This document shows positions 10,604 through 20,708 of a DNA stretch of 64,000 nt, one piece after another. A model generated the notes under the pieces. It made no database searches. It saw only the letters and a list, made by a program, of their open reading frames with translations, and was not told the DNA's origin. A program made the translations under genes and the position numbers. Source of the stretch: Salisapilia sapeloensis CBS 127946 (lineage: Eukaryota > Protista > Oomycota); contig JAADVB010000054.1 in assembly GCA_023334545.1 (NCBI GenBank), positions 1 through 64,000 of the forward strand. The letters are read 5' to 3'. The number at the start of each line of letters is the position of its first letter. The stretch's first letter is position 1.

Positions 10604-13600
10604 ATGCAGAGGCGACCTCGGTCGATGCAACTACTAGCTCGCCGATGGCTGAGTACATCCGGAAAAGATCGCCAGCATTTAACTCAGGAGATGCTACAGT
10701 CTCAAGAAGAAGCTCGACAAGTCTTATTGCTCATCCGGACGTTCAAGCAATACGGTCATTATGTGGCACAGATCGATCCGCTAAAGAAGAGTGAGCGTCT
10801 ACCGGAAGTAGAGAAAGGAATTAGTGGAGACCGATGGGTCGAAACACCGTTCTTTGATAACTTTAACTTGCGCGGGCTGGCTTCGACAGGTCTCCTGGAG
10901 CTGTCTAACTATGGTCTTGCTGATGCTTTGTTGACATGAGAGATGCATCCTAACGCCGCTTCTTGCCATTGCGTAGGTTTCCAATCAGAAGACTTGGACC
11001 GTGAGTTTTTCGTCGGTGACGACTTATCCATTGGACCTGTCGCGACGTTACGTGAGGTATCATGCTTCTTGACATGTCTATCGTACTAGAACTTACCCTT
11101 CTTCACAGATATTTACAGAGCTACGAGAACTCTATTGTGGACCTATTGGGACGGAATACATGCACTTGCGCAATCGAAAAGCAGCTCTGTGGATTCGAGA
11201 GCAATTAACACGTGAAAAGAACCTGTCTCTCACGTCTGATGAACGTATCTACATCTTCCAAGGTCTACTGGAAGCACAGCTTTTTGAACGTTATCTCGGC
11301 CGTCGCTTCTCCGGTGCCAAACGATTTTCGATCGAAGGCGGTGAAAGCTTGATCCCAGGCCTACGACAGCTCTTGCAGACGGCGAGTGAACTAGGCGTCG
11401 AAGCTGTGCACATGGGCATGGCCCATCGCGGTCGATTAAATGTCCTCGCGAATGTCTTGCAGCGTCCTCTACGTGCTATCATGTCTCAGTTCCAGCCTTA
11501 TCTTCCTGATGAGCCAGACTATCCGAATAACTCGGATGATGTGCGCTATCATCTAGGTGCGACGTCAGTTTTAGAGATGCCAGGTGGAAAGACATTAGAT
11601 GTGACACTCGCCGCGAATCCGTCTCATCTAGAAGCCGTGAACTCTGTCGTGTTAGGACAGACGCGTGCTCGGCAGTTGCAACTAGGTGACGACGGACAGC
11701 GTGTGATGCCAGTGCTACTGCATGGCGATGCGTCCATGTTCCAAGGCTCTGTGCGTGAAGCCTATGGCTTTGGTGCATTAGCTGACTTTGCGACTGGCGG
11801 CACTGTGCATGTGATTTTAAATAACCAAATCGGTTTTACGACACTACCCAAGCAAGCTGACTCAGCCGTGTATTGCAGTGACGTCGCGAAGATCTCTCGA
11901 TCGCCTATTTTCCATGTCAATGCAGACAGCCCCGAAGCTGTGACGAAAGTCATGAAGATCGCGATGGAGTATCGACAACGCTTCCGCTGTGATGTGACCG
12001 TCGATCTCGTGTGCTATCGTCGCCACGGACATAATGAACAAGATTCTCCTGAAATCACAGCTCCAGTCATGTACAATCTGATCAATAGCCACCCGACGGT
12101 CGTGGATCTATATCGAGATAAGCTGAAAGAGACGGAAGTCATGTCAGATGATGATTTCTACCGTCGCTGTTGGGAGTTTGAACAGCATCTCGCATCGGAG
12201 TATGAACACTCGCGAGAGATGCCATCGCCGTGGGATGATCGTGGAGACATCTCGTGGAAGGAAGAATGGTATGACATGAATGGCTTTGGCAATCAAGAAA
12301 AGAATGAGATTGGTGACTTGACGAAAGCGTCGGATGGTAAGACACCATCGAGCTGTAGCATCAGTAGCATGAATCAAAAGTCGCAGTATGATCGTGCGAC
12401 TGGTGTCGACCGAGGCTTCTTGGAAGCTGTCGGCAAGCAGCTCTTCCGGATACCGCAGTACTTTTCAGCACATAAGAAAGTAGAAGCGATTATGAATAAT
12501 CGATTGCGAGCGGTGGAGACAGGAGATCGAGTTGATTGGGGCACAGCAGAGATGCTTGCATTCGGTTGTTTACTTGTGGAAGGTGTGAATGTGCGAATGA
12601 GTGGACAGGATTGTGAGCGAGGAACGTTTAATCAACGACATGCTGTGCTATATGACCAATTCCAAGCGCTTTCGGCTCGAAATGTCGCTTATACACCGTT
12701 GAATTCACTTGATGTAAGCAGCATCAAGCGGCGATTGGATCTGACGCAGCTAGAAAAGGTCCCTCGAGGCCGCTTCGATGTGTGCAATAGTCCTTTGAGC
12801 GAGGAAGGTGTGCTTGGCTTTGAATTTGGATATGCACAGCAGAATCCGATGGCACTTACCGTTTGGGAAGCCCAGTTTGGTGATTTTGCAAATGGTGCAC
12901 AGACCATTATCGATACGTTCATCATGTCGGGTGAGCAAAAGTGGCAGCGACAGTCTGGCTTAGTCCTGTGTCTACCGCATGGGTATGAAGGTCAAGGTCC
13001 AGACCATAGTAGTGCTCGCATCGAAAGGTTTTTGAACATGCATAACGAAGATAGTGATGTGTTTGTGGATGGAAAAGATGTCCCGAGTGCGATGGAGAGA
13101 GCGAACTTCCATGCAGTCATTCCTACGACTCCAGCGCAGTACTTTCATGCATTGCGAAGACAAGTAGCGAGGACGTATCGTAAACCACTGGTGATCTTTA
13201 CACCCAAGTCGTTGCTACACCATCGACCGTGTAACTCGGACCTAGTGGACATGGCACTTGATACGTCGTACAAGAGTGTCTTGCCGCCTCATCCGGATGA
13301 TGAGAAGAACATGGTGGCGGATGAAGAAGTAAGGAAAGTAGTCCTATGTGCTGGTAAGATCTACTTTCCGTTCTTGCACGCGATGCGAGGTCGAGGTGTC
13401 AAGAACATTGCGACGGCACGAGTCGAGCAGCTAGCTCCGTTCCCATTCCACGAAGTAGCGGAGACGTTGCAAAAGTATCCAAATGCAGAGCTTGTGTGGA
13501 TGCAAGAGGAGCCGAAGAACATGGGCGCATGGACCTTTGTGTCCTCTCGATTGCAGACAGTGCTCACGCATCTGGAGGATGAGCGCCCTGTAACGTACGT

Positions 13601-13691
13601 CGGTCGACCTCCTTCGGCGTCTCCTGCGACAGGACAATATGAGCTGCATCAACAAGAGATGAGAGCGATTGTGCAGGAAGCACTTGCCTAG
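10604..13691 (+). CDS. Mitochondrial 2-oxoglutarate (or 2-oxoadipate) dehydrogenase E1-like subunit, 3 exons
   Basis: Transit-peptide-like N-terminus; [33 protein letters not shown]...[42 protein letters not shown]. Introns 10914-10976 and 11057-11108. Confidence 0.9.
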
Positions 13692-13716
13692 ATTCGAATC
13701 AAAATCTTTTTCTTTC

Positions 13717-15552
13717 TTAGTGGTAAAGCTTCTTATAGAGATCGTCTTGGCCAGTTCGAGCCTTGAGGTACTCCTTATGCGCCTCGTCGTTCGGTTCACT
13801 TACTTCTAAACACCCAGAACCTTCATGATCAAGTTCTTCAGAACGTTTAAGTGTTTCGAGACCCAAGTAGCTACCAAGGAAGGCAGCCACACCTCTCGAA
13901 GTGGCTTCCGTGCTACTGTTCTCTAGCATCACTTTATGTCCGAGACAATCTGCCATCATCTGTCTCCACGCAGCAGAAGAGGATAAGGCAGCACCACTAG
14001 CGACGATCGTGACGTCTTTCTCAGCGTACGGAGACACTAGTGAGAAGAGAGCGCCCATGCGTAACGCGATAGACTCCATGCCAGCTCGTAGCAATTCGAT
14101 CGGCGTTGTCCACTTTGTCAAGCCAGAAATGGTGCAAGTAGCATCTTCTACCCATCCAGGAGCACGTTCGCCACTGAGGAATGGCAGGATGGTCAAGTTG
14201 TGCGCCGTTGGTTTGAGCTTTTGCAACTCCTCTTCGATCTTCCCAGCATCCGACAATTGCGTCAAGTTGCGCATAAACGAGTAGACAGAGCCACCGTCGG
14301 ATAAGGCACCACCTAACAGGAGCTGCTTTTTACCAATGCGATAGCACCATAGTCCCTCAGGTACGTTGGCAGATTCGAGAACATGATCGTCTAGTACGAC
14401 ACGCAAAGCAGCACTCGTTCCGACAGTCACAGCAATTCTCCTACACATTTATACACGACATGAGTCATCCCTATTATGTCTATAGGAGTTGGAATGGACT
14501 TACGTGGAGTCCATGCACTTGGAACCGATGTTGGCTGCCGCTCCGTCACCGATACCAAGGAAGAATGGGACATTCGAAAGCTCAGGCCATCGCTTTTCAT
14601 AGTTCGAACGGAGACCTTTGAACGGTGTGGACGAGTCGGCTAGTGAAGGCATTTTGTCCTTGTCCATTTCGATCAGATCGAGCATCGGAGCGTACCATTC
14701 GCACTTGCGAAAGTCAAAGAGACCAGTCCACGATGCTTCCGAGTAGCTCATTGGCACACCCACGGTAGACGAATCATCTTGGCGAAGCCACTTGTTGAGT
14801 AAGAAGCCAGAGATACTTTGCCACTTGGCGACTCGATCGATTGCATCCTTATCTTCCCTGTGCAGACGGAGGAAGTTTGCAGGGGCGTATGCCGGGTGGA
14901 TGACGGTACCTGATACACATACTTAGCAATTGGAATGTGAAAGGAGAGTAGATGACGATGGATATACCTGTTCGGTTATTAAATTCATCCAAGGAGCCTT
15001 GGTCTTGTAGTTGCTGCTTGAGTTGTTTGGCGTACTCGGCAGTCGAGGAATTCCTTCCAGCGTACTATGCTCATGATGAGTAATCTGTAGCTCTACCTAC
15101 ATTTTATGAGAGAGTATTACAGTGTACACGGGTGTCGCGGCCTCTCCATTGTTGTCGATGCCAAGGATGTTCATGGCAAACGTACTAAAACCGACGCCGA
15201 CAATCTGATCTGCTAGACCGGCAGCACGAGCATAGTCGAGTACCTTGTCGAGCAAGTCTTCCGTGTCCGCAGCAAGCTTTTGCATATCGGCATGACCGTT
15301 CTCGTCAATAGAGGCAGCATGTCGCTGCTGCATTGATCCATCTACTTGTTTATAATCGTCTTCGTAGAGTGCGAGGCACGAAGCTCGAATCGAAGAGCTC
15401 CCGATGTCCACAACGACAATGATCGGACAGTCGCCAAATTTCCATCTTGCAGCAATGGCATTAGGAGCATCCGTACGGGCTAATGGGGAGTAGTAAAGCA
15501 GTGATCCAGCCGCCATCGCCGCTGCTGCCGCGCTTGCTACGTTCGAGTTCAT
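13717..15552 (-). CDS. FGGY-family carbohydrate kinase (gluconokinase-like), 4 exons
   Basis: VVVDIGSSSIRA, GVGFSTFAMN, IHPAYAPA, MSYSEASWTGL, GIGDGAAANIG, TVGTSAA, LPFLSGERAPGW, EATSRGVA. Introns 15065-15120, 14910-14967, 14441-14503. Confidence 0.85.
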
Positions 15553-15928
15553 GATTTAATTTATGAAAAAAATCGAATTATTCTTTTGAATGATTACGTC
15601 AGCAGGTTGAAGTGAGTAGACTGCGAACTTTTGTATTGATCATTCTAGGCGTCAATCGAAGCCCTCGCGATCGTTCGTCGATGCAGGAAATGCACAAAAC
15701 CAGTCAAGCCTCTATAGAGGACCAGTCATGACGAGCACAACGAATTTCTTGCTCTATGCGGGATTTAGTTGGGATCCAAACAAAATAAAAGTGAACGCTT
15801 TGTCATAAAAAGACAGCTTTCTTCCTCGTACTATACTTCACTCTTTGGCACCAAGAGGAAGCTTGTGAACTTGGTTTTTGTATGCTCGGAATAGGACCAG
15901 CGTCTGCACATACAATCAGAGGCCGACA

Positions 15929-16540
15929 ATGCTGCTAAACAGTGTCCGTCGTGGGACGCGATATTTGCATACGAGTCACGCGCGACTCGCCGTGCAGACC
16001 GTCAATGTACCGAATATGGGAGACTCGATCAGTGAAGGCACTGTCGCGGAGCTCGTGAAGCAGGCTGGCGAAAGTGTCCAAGCGGACGAAGTCGTGGCGA
16101 TCCTTGATACGGATAAAGTGAGTGTGGACGTCATGAGTCCCGTTGCAGGTACCGTCGTCGAGCACTTTTCTAGTGTCGATGACAATGTCGAAGTGGGCAA
16201 AGCGCTCTTCACGGTCGACGACAGCAACGCCCCGGCCAGTGCCGCATCGACGCCGACGAAGCCGTCGCCGTCGCCCCCAGCAAAGGAAGAGAACTCCGAG
16301 CCTGTAAAAAAGGAGAAGCCGGAAGGAGCCTACAAACCTTTGATCCAATTCCTTGGTAAGAGATCGCTACTGCCATCGAAGCCGTCGCCACTGTCGCAAC
16401 CGAGGCAATCGGAGGCACCGAGCCAGGCACCGCAGACACAGCCGTCGAGCCCAGACGTGCTTCCTTTCACGCATACAAAGAAGCCTGCTATCAGTAAAGA
16501 AGAGGTGGAAGCCATCAACTCTGGCTTTTTCATGCTCTAG
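15929..16540 (+). CDS. Mitochondrial lipoyl-domain protein with KGD4/MRPS36-like C-terminal motifs and no acyltransferase domain
   Basis: Transit-peptide-like MLLNSVRRGTRYLHTS; E2o-type lipoyl domain VPNMGDSISEGT...LDTDKVSVDV; Pro/Ser linker; YKPLIQFLGKR and KKPAISKEEVEAINSG; stop at 16540. Confidence 0.75.
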   Translation: MLLNSVRRGTRYLHTSHARLAVQTVNVPNMGDSISEGTVAELVKQAGESVQADEVVAILDTDKVSVDVMSPVAGTVVEHFSSVDDNVEVGKALFTVDDSNAPASAASTPTKPSPSPPAKEENSEPVKKEKPEGAYKPLIQFLGKRSLLPSKPSPLSQPRQSEAPSQAPQTQPSSPDVLPFTHTKKPAISKEEVEAINSGFFML

Positions 16541-16587
16541 ACAATGCAAAGTGGACGACAATACACCGACTCGGCTTGTTTGTTCTT

Positions 16588-17535
16588 TCATCTATTTGTT
16601 TCTGCATGATCGCTACACTTTTCACTGTCGAGTGCCCACTTTCGACAACCACTGACGTCACAACGACGACCACCGCCATGTAATTTACACCGACCACCAC
16701 CGACGCATGCTGTCGTGCATCCTTCGACGGAGCACTTTTTCCCTCCGCCATGCGAAAGACATCGACCTCCTCCTTTATCCTTTTTACTACACCCATCTAC
16801 TTTGCACAAGTATCCTCCGCCATGACCTTTACACTTGCCATGACCACGATCCGTCTTCTTACACCCGTCAACTTGACACTTGGCACGTCCGCCATGATGA
16901 CTGCAGTAGCCATATCGGACCTGCTTCTTCTTGCATCCGACTGCCTTGCATAGACGGCCACCTCCATGAGCAAGACAATGTCCTTTTCCAGCGTCAAACT
17001 TGTCACAACCTTTGGTCGTGCACTTGGACCCTCCGCCATGTCGACAGCATAGACCTTTGTATCCGAGAGCCACTTTGGTGCATCCAGAGACATGACATCG
17101 ACGAGACCCGCCGTGATCTGGGCATGTACGAAGGCGGTAGTGAGTGCAGCTCTCGACGAGGCACATGTACCCGCCTCCATGCTGCAGGCAAAACCCGCCT
17201 GCTTGTGCTGATTTGGTGCAATTCGGCGACTTGCAAGGTCTTATGTGTTTATTTGGCGTAGAAGATACAGTGTGGATGGAGTGGAGTTGTGGCGAGTCCG
17301 TGCGTAGAGTGAGCTGCAGTGGGAGCGTATGGTGATCACCAATGTCGAGTAGTGCATCGTTTTGCACGGACGAGAAAGCAGTGGAGTGGATGGGACCGAG
17401 TGGAAGATGGATGGAGAAAGGTGATGAGAGGCCAGAGACATCGCTGATATCGACGTCGTCGAACTGAGGACTGTTTTCATCCGCGAAAAACTGCACCGCA
17501 TGATCCGACTCCATTCGGACGTCGAAAATGTTCAT
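16588..17535 (-). CDS. WRKY19-like C-x4-C...C-x2-H-GG zinc-finger repeat protein
   Basis: Nine tandem repeats such as CKVDGCSKKDKGGGRCLSHGGG after an acidic low-complexity N-terminus; no WRKYGQK motif. Confidence 0.85.
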   Translation of the reverse strand: MNIFDVRMESDHAVQFFADENSPQFDDVDISDVSGLSSPFSIHLPLGPIHSTAFSSVQNDALLDIGDHHTLPLQLTLRTDSPQLHSIHTVSSTPNKHIRPCKSPNCTKSAQAGGFCLQHGGGYMCLVESCTHYRLRTCPDHGGSRRCHVSGCTKVALGYKGLCCRHGGGSKCTTKGCDKFDAGKGHCLAHGGGRLCKAVGCKKKQVRYGYCSHHGGRAKCQVDGCKKTDRGHGKCKGHGGGYLCKVDGCSKKDKGGGRCLSHGGGKKCSVEGCTTACVGGGRCKLHGGGRRCDVSGCRKWALDSEKCSDHAETNR

Positions 17536-18225
17536 TCGTTGTCAGCGTACCATATTTGTGCCACTACATTAAAAGTTACTTTCCGCAGAGGAAACCTAGC
17601 ATGATTGCAATGGATTCTTGCTTGAAGAGGGGGAAGTGGAGTAGCCAATTGTATAGAAAAGTACTAGTCGAATGTAAATTCATTATCTGATTGTAGATGT
17701 TTCTTTTCTAATTTAGTGCCGTTGTTTTTAAGTTCAACCATCTTGAATACCCCGAGTGATGTGGGAATGGATGCGAGATGTCGTAGTGGATTCCATAAGC
17801 TCCTGCGCATAACTTCACTTGGCGAAGTAGCTGCGGTATTAAAAACCAAGTGGAAGTATGTAGTGAAAAGACCCTGCGTTCACGCCAAAGTGTCTCGTCC
17901 ACATCACTGCGAGCCAAGTCGGCATCTTTTCTTGACCATGACACATGCTGGAAATCTAAAACAGCCCTCCGATCGCCCTTTCCTATGTAGACTTATAAGG
18001 TAAGGTTGATCTTTCCTCATGCCTCAATATGCGTGCTCTTTGACACGAAAAGGTTGATGTAACCTTGAATGTCTACTAAGGTAATCACAGGGAAGCAACT
18101 GCAATCAGAAGCTAACTGCAATCCGAAGGCATCCCTCCTCTTACTAAGCGTAGGCAACCACGAAAGAGCAAGGTTATCTAGAATCCAGGCCTGCACGTCG
18201 CATGAGCAAGCGAGTGCGCTGGACA

Positions 18226-18241
18226 CTCATTTCCAAACTTT
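18226..18241 (+). promoter_or_regulatory. Oomycete Inr/FPR-like core promoter
   Basis: CTCATTTCCAAACTTT resembles the YCATTYY-N-CAWTTT consensus, about 55-70 nt upstream of ATG 18294. A related element ATCACTTCTAAACTCT is at 19735-19750 before ATG 19796. Confidence 0.5.
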
Positions 18242-18293
18242 CGACTTCCAACACAAGCCGCCTCCAAGTTTCCATCAACTACCCACAAGAACA

Positions 18294-18530
18294 ATGCTCG
18301 GATTGGAATTTATTCTCTCGTCTTTTGGCTTGGTCGCGATCGCCACCTTTGGCACCGCCTCGGCTGAAGAAATCGGAGCTGCCCAAAGTCTACGCCATCC
18401 AGCGACGATGGGGGAAGCCTTCGAGGACAATGCGAACATGCCAAGTATGCCCGCGCCATCCTTCACGGAGCAACCAGGCGAAAACACTGGATCTGGAAAG
18501 GAACGGTTCCGTACTGGATTTCCATGGTAA
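18294..18530 (+). CDS. Small secreted protein A (78 aa)
   Basis: Hydrophobic signal peptide ending TASA, then QSLR, an acidic/Pro-rich middle and C-terminal KERFRTGFPW; Inr/FPR-like element upstream. Confidence 0.6.
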   Translation: MLGLEFILSSFGLVAIATFGTASAEEIGAAQSLRHPATMGEAFEDNANMPSMPAPSFTEQPGENTGSGKERFRTGFPW

Positions 18531-18567
18531 TTTCGCCGTCCAAGGTCAACAACTTTAATACTCGTGA

Positions 18568-18823
18568 TCATCACCTCGTCGAACGTAGTACGAGAGGATT
18601 CAATGGAACAACTTTTTTGCTTTTCTAATCATTGTTTCTTGTTTTTTGCTTTGACTCATCTTCCGTTAATTTGTACATGGAAAGCGAGCGCCTGCAATAT
18701 TTTACCCATTTCATAGGCTCAGCAAGTGCCTATCAGGTCGTATCCTTCACATAAACTATTGGAGAACCATGGGGCTGGAGATATGCCCACTCTCTAGCAT
18801 TCACACAACACACACCAGGATTT
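18568..18823 (+). repeat. Diverged direct repeat, copy 1 (3' flank of secreted protein A)
   Basis: Collinear blocks shared with 20166-20398: CATCACCTCG, GTTA(A/G)TTTGTA(C/T)ATG(G/A)AAA, CCTATCAG..CGT.TCCTTC.CATAA and CACCAGGATTT, with similar spacing (97 vs 95 nt, 64 vs 59 nt). Confidence 0.75.
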
Positions 18824-19795
18824 GGGACAACTCAATTGTCTACTAACGGATCTACTAAACCCAGTTGTACCAATAAGCACATTTATTAATCATGGGTCTC
18901 CGATGAGACGATAGATGGTGTGGAAGTTCAAGACTTTCGAAGTTGATGTACTTGTTCAAAGTAGGTAGAAAGGCTTCCAATGATATATGTACAACTTCCC
19001 AACCACTTCCTTTTTCAATCTATCCTTAAAATCTTGGTCTGTTGGCTATGGCGAAGCTACTGTTGGATAATGCATGTAGTGCTTAAAGCAGGAAGTTGAT
19101 TGTATCGGAGATCAACATTGAAGTAGAAGTGGGGATGCACATTTGTAACTCTTTATTCATAGATTTGCTTGTAGCTATAGACTTCCAGAACTAGGAGACA
19201 TTCGGCTTTAGCCATCGTACGTTTATCGACGTCTATATGCCTTTGTTTTAAAACAAAACAAAGGCATTGAGGAATTTTAAGCCTTGGGTAGAGATCGTTG
19301 CAAAAGTAACAATCTCTAATCGCTTCGTAATAGTCTTAACTCGAGCTATAAACGAAAAGTAGCTGCAATTGAAGAGATATCAAGTAGAAATATGCAGTCA
19401 AAAGACCCTGTGCTCGCGCCAAAATGCCATGCTTATCATAAGTAACTTTACATTGGTGTACCTCACTTATTAAATAAAATAAAAGTGCCATCTTCGTCAG
19501 TAATAGTCCAGACACTTGTTATCCGTGTATCGCATACCAAGATTTATACCAGACATGCATCCAAAGCCGCTTGCTGTGGCTAACGGATGGAAGACTAGAA
19601 GAGTGTTTTGATTGCGACTGGGTGAAGCATACCAGTGATTATGAACAATTGACAATCAGGTAAGATCAAGCTTCTGCAGGATGGATGCACGTCCTAGGCC
19701 AGCACTTCGCATGCTTATACAAGTGTATCGGGCGATCACTTCTAAACTCTACACCTCCTGCACATATTTCTACCAAGCACTATAAAACCGTTTAG

Positions 19796-20065
19796 ATGAG
19801 AATGCGATCTGCTCTTCCAATCATCTACTGTATCTTGGGTATCGTCTTTCTTGCGAGAGCGACAAAGGCTGCAAACTTTAAAACCCAAGTCGAGCCAAGG
19901 GGATTGGATAAAGTGGTAGCGGACGATGTGAAGCCGACGGTTAAGCCCAAATTGTCACCCGTGGAGAAGAATCGCCATTTTGGCATCTACGGCCTCTTGA
20001 ATAATCTATCGATGTGGGATGACGAATACGAAGGAGCACATATTCGTATGCATAGCGATAGATGA
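19796..20065 (+). CDS. Small secreted protein B (89 aa)
   Basis: Signal-peptide-like LPIIYCILGIVFLARATKA, then PRGLDK, a Lys/Pro/Val-rich stretch and EKNRHFGIYG; Inr-like element upstream. Confidence 0.55.
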   Translation: MRMRSALPIIYCILGIVFLARATKAANFKTQVEPRGLDKVVADDVKPTVKPKLSPVEKNRHFGIYGLLNNLSMWDDEYEGAHIRMHSDR

Positions 20066-20165
20066 AAAGTCAAACAGAGTAGTAAATTTTCATCCAAGAG
20101 GAAACAAATTTGGGTCGGATTCGTATGACAACTTCTTTCTAGATCGAATGCCTCAGTGCTAGTCA

Positions 20166-20398
20166 CCATCACCTCGCGGAAGATAATGCGGGAGGTGTAA
20201 TGAAAATCTTTAATTCTTCTTTACTCTTTTTTGCTTGCTTTGTACTTTAACTCGTCGTTAGTTAGTTTGTATATGAAAATCAATTTACTATTCGACCTAC
20301 CTCGTAGGCGACAAAAATACCTATCAGACCGTCTCCTTCTCATAAGTTCCTAGAAAAACACGACCTCTTATATAGTTCATCCACAAGCACCAGGATTT
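20166..20398 (+). repeat. Diverged direct repeat, copy 2 (3' flank of secreted protein B)
   Basis: Same ordered blocks as 18568-18823. Confidence 0.75.
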
Positions 20399-20708
20399 AA
20401 AATAAATAATTAATTGAATATGATTGTTATCAGCATTGGCAAGTTGCAAGCCTAGAGTTACAGACCGCATAACTAAATGGTAACCTGGGTAGCACGCCAT
20501 AGTCAGTCTACCAAATGGATATTATATCACAATAATATGCATAAATACGCTATTATAACATTTTAAACAACTAAAATTAAACAGAATAATGTCTATCTTG
20601 TAACCTAGTTTTCAATCATTCAATGTATTAAGTATCATACTCATTCCAAGTCATTTAGGGTTGAAACTTTTCAAACCACACATTTTCGACCGTCGCGCCC
20701 TGGACGAC

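Noticed and set aside
16356-16404. GTAAGA donor in the lipoyl gene that might splice to a longer E2
   Set aside because: It lies within the conserved-looking FLGKR motif, no good acceptor at the usual distance, and the convergent gene leaves no room for a catalytic domain.
16588-17335. Repeated GGTGG/CATGG-type nucleotide units considered as a repeat array or CRISPR
   Set aside because: They are codons of the C..HGGG zinc-finger repeats; no identical repeat-spacer structure.
17664-17944. Two overlapping short minus-strand ORFs
   Set aside because: No recognisable motif, start context or splice model; possibly a degenerate remnant.
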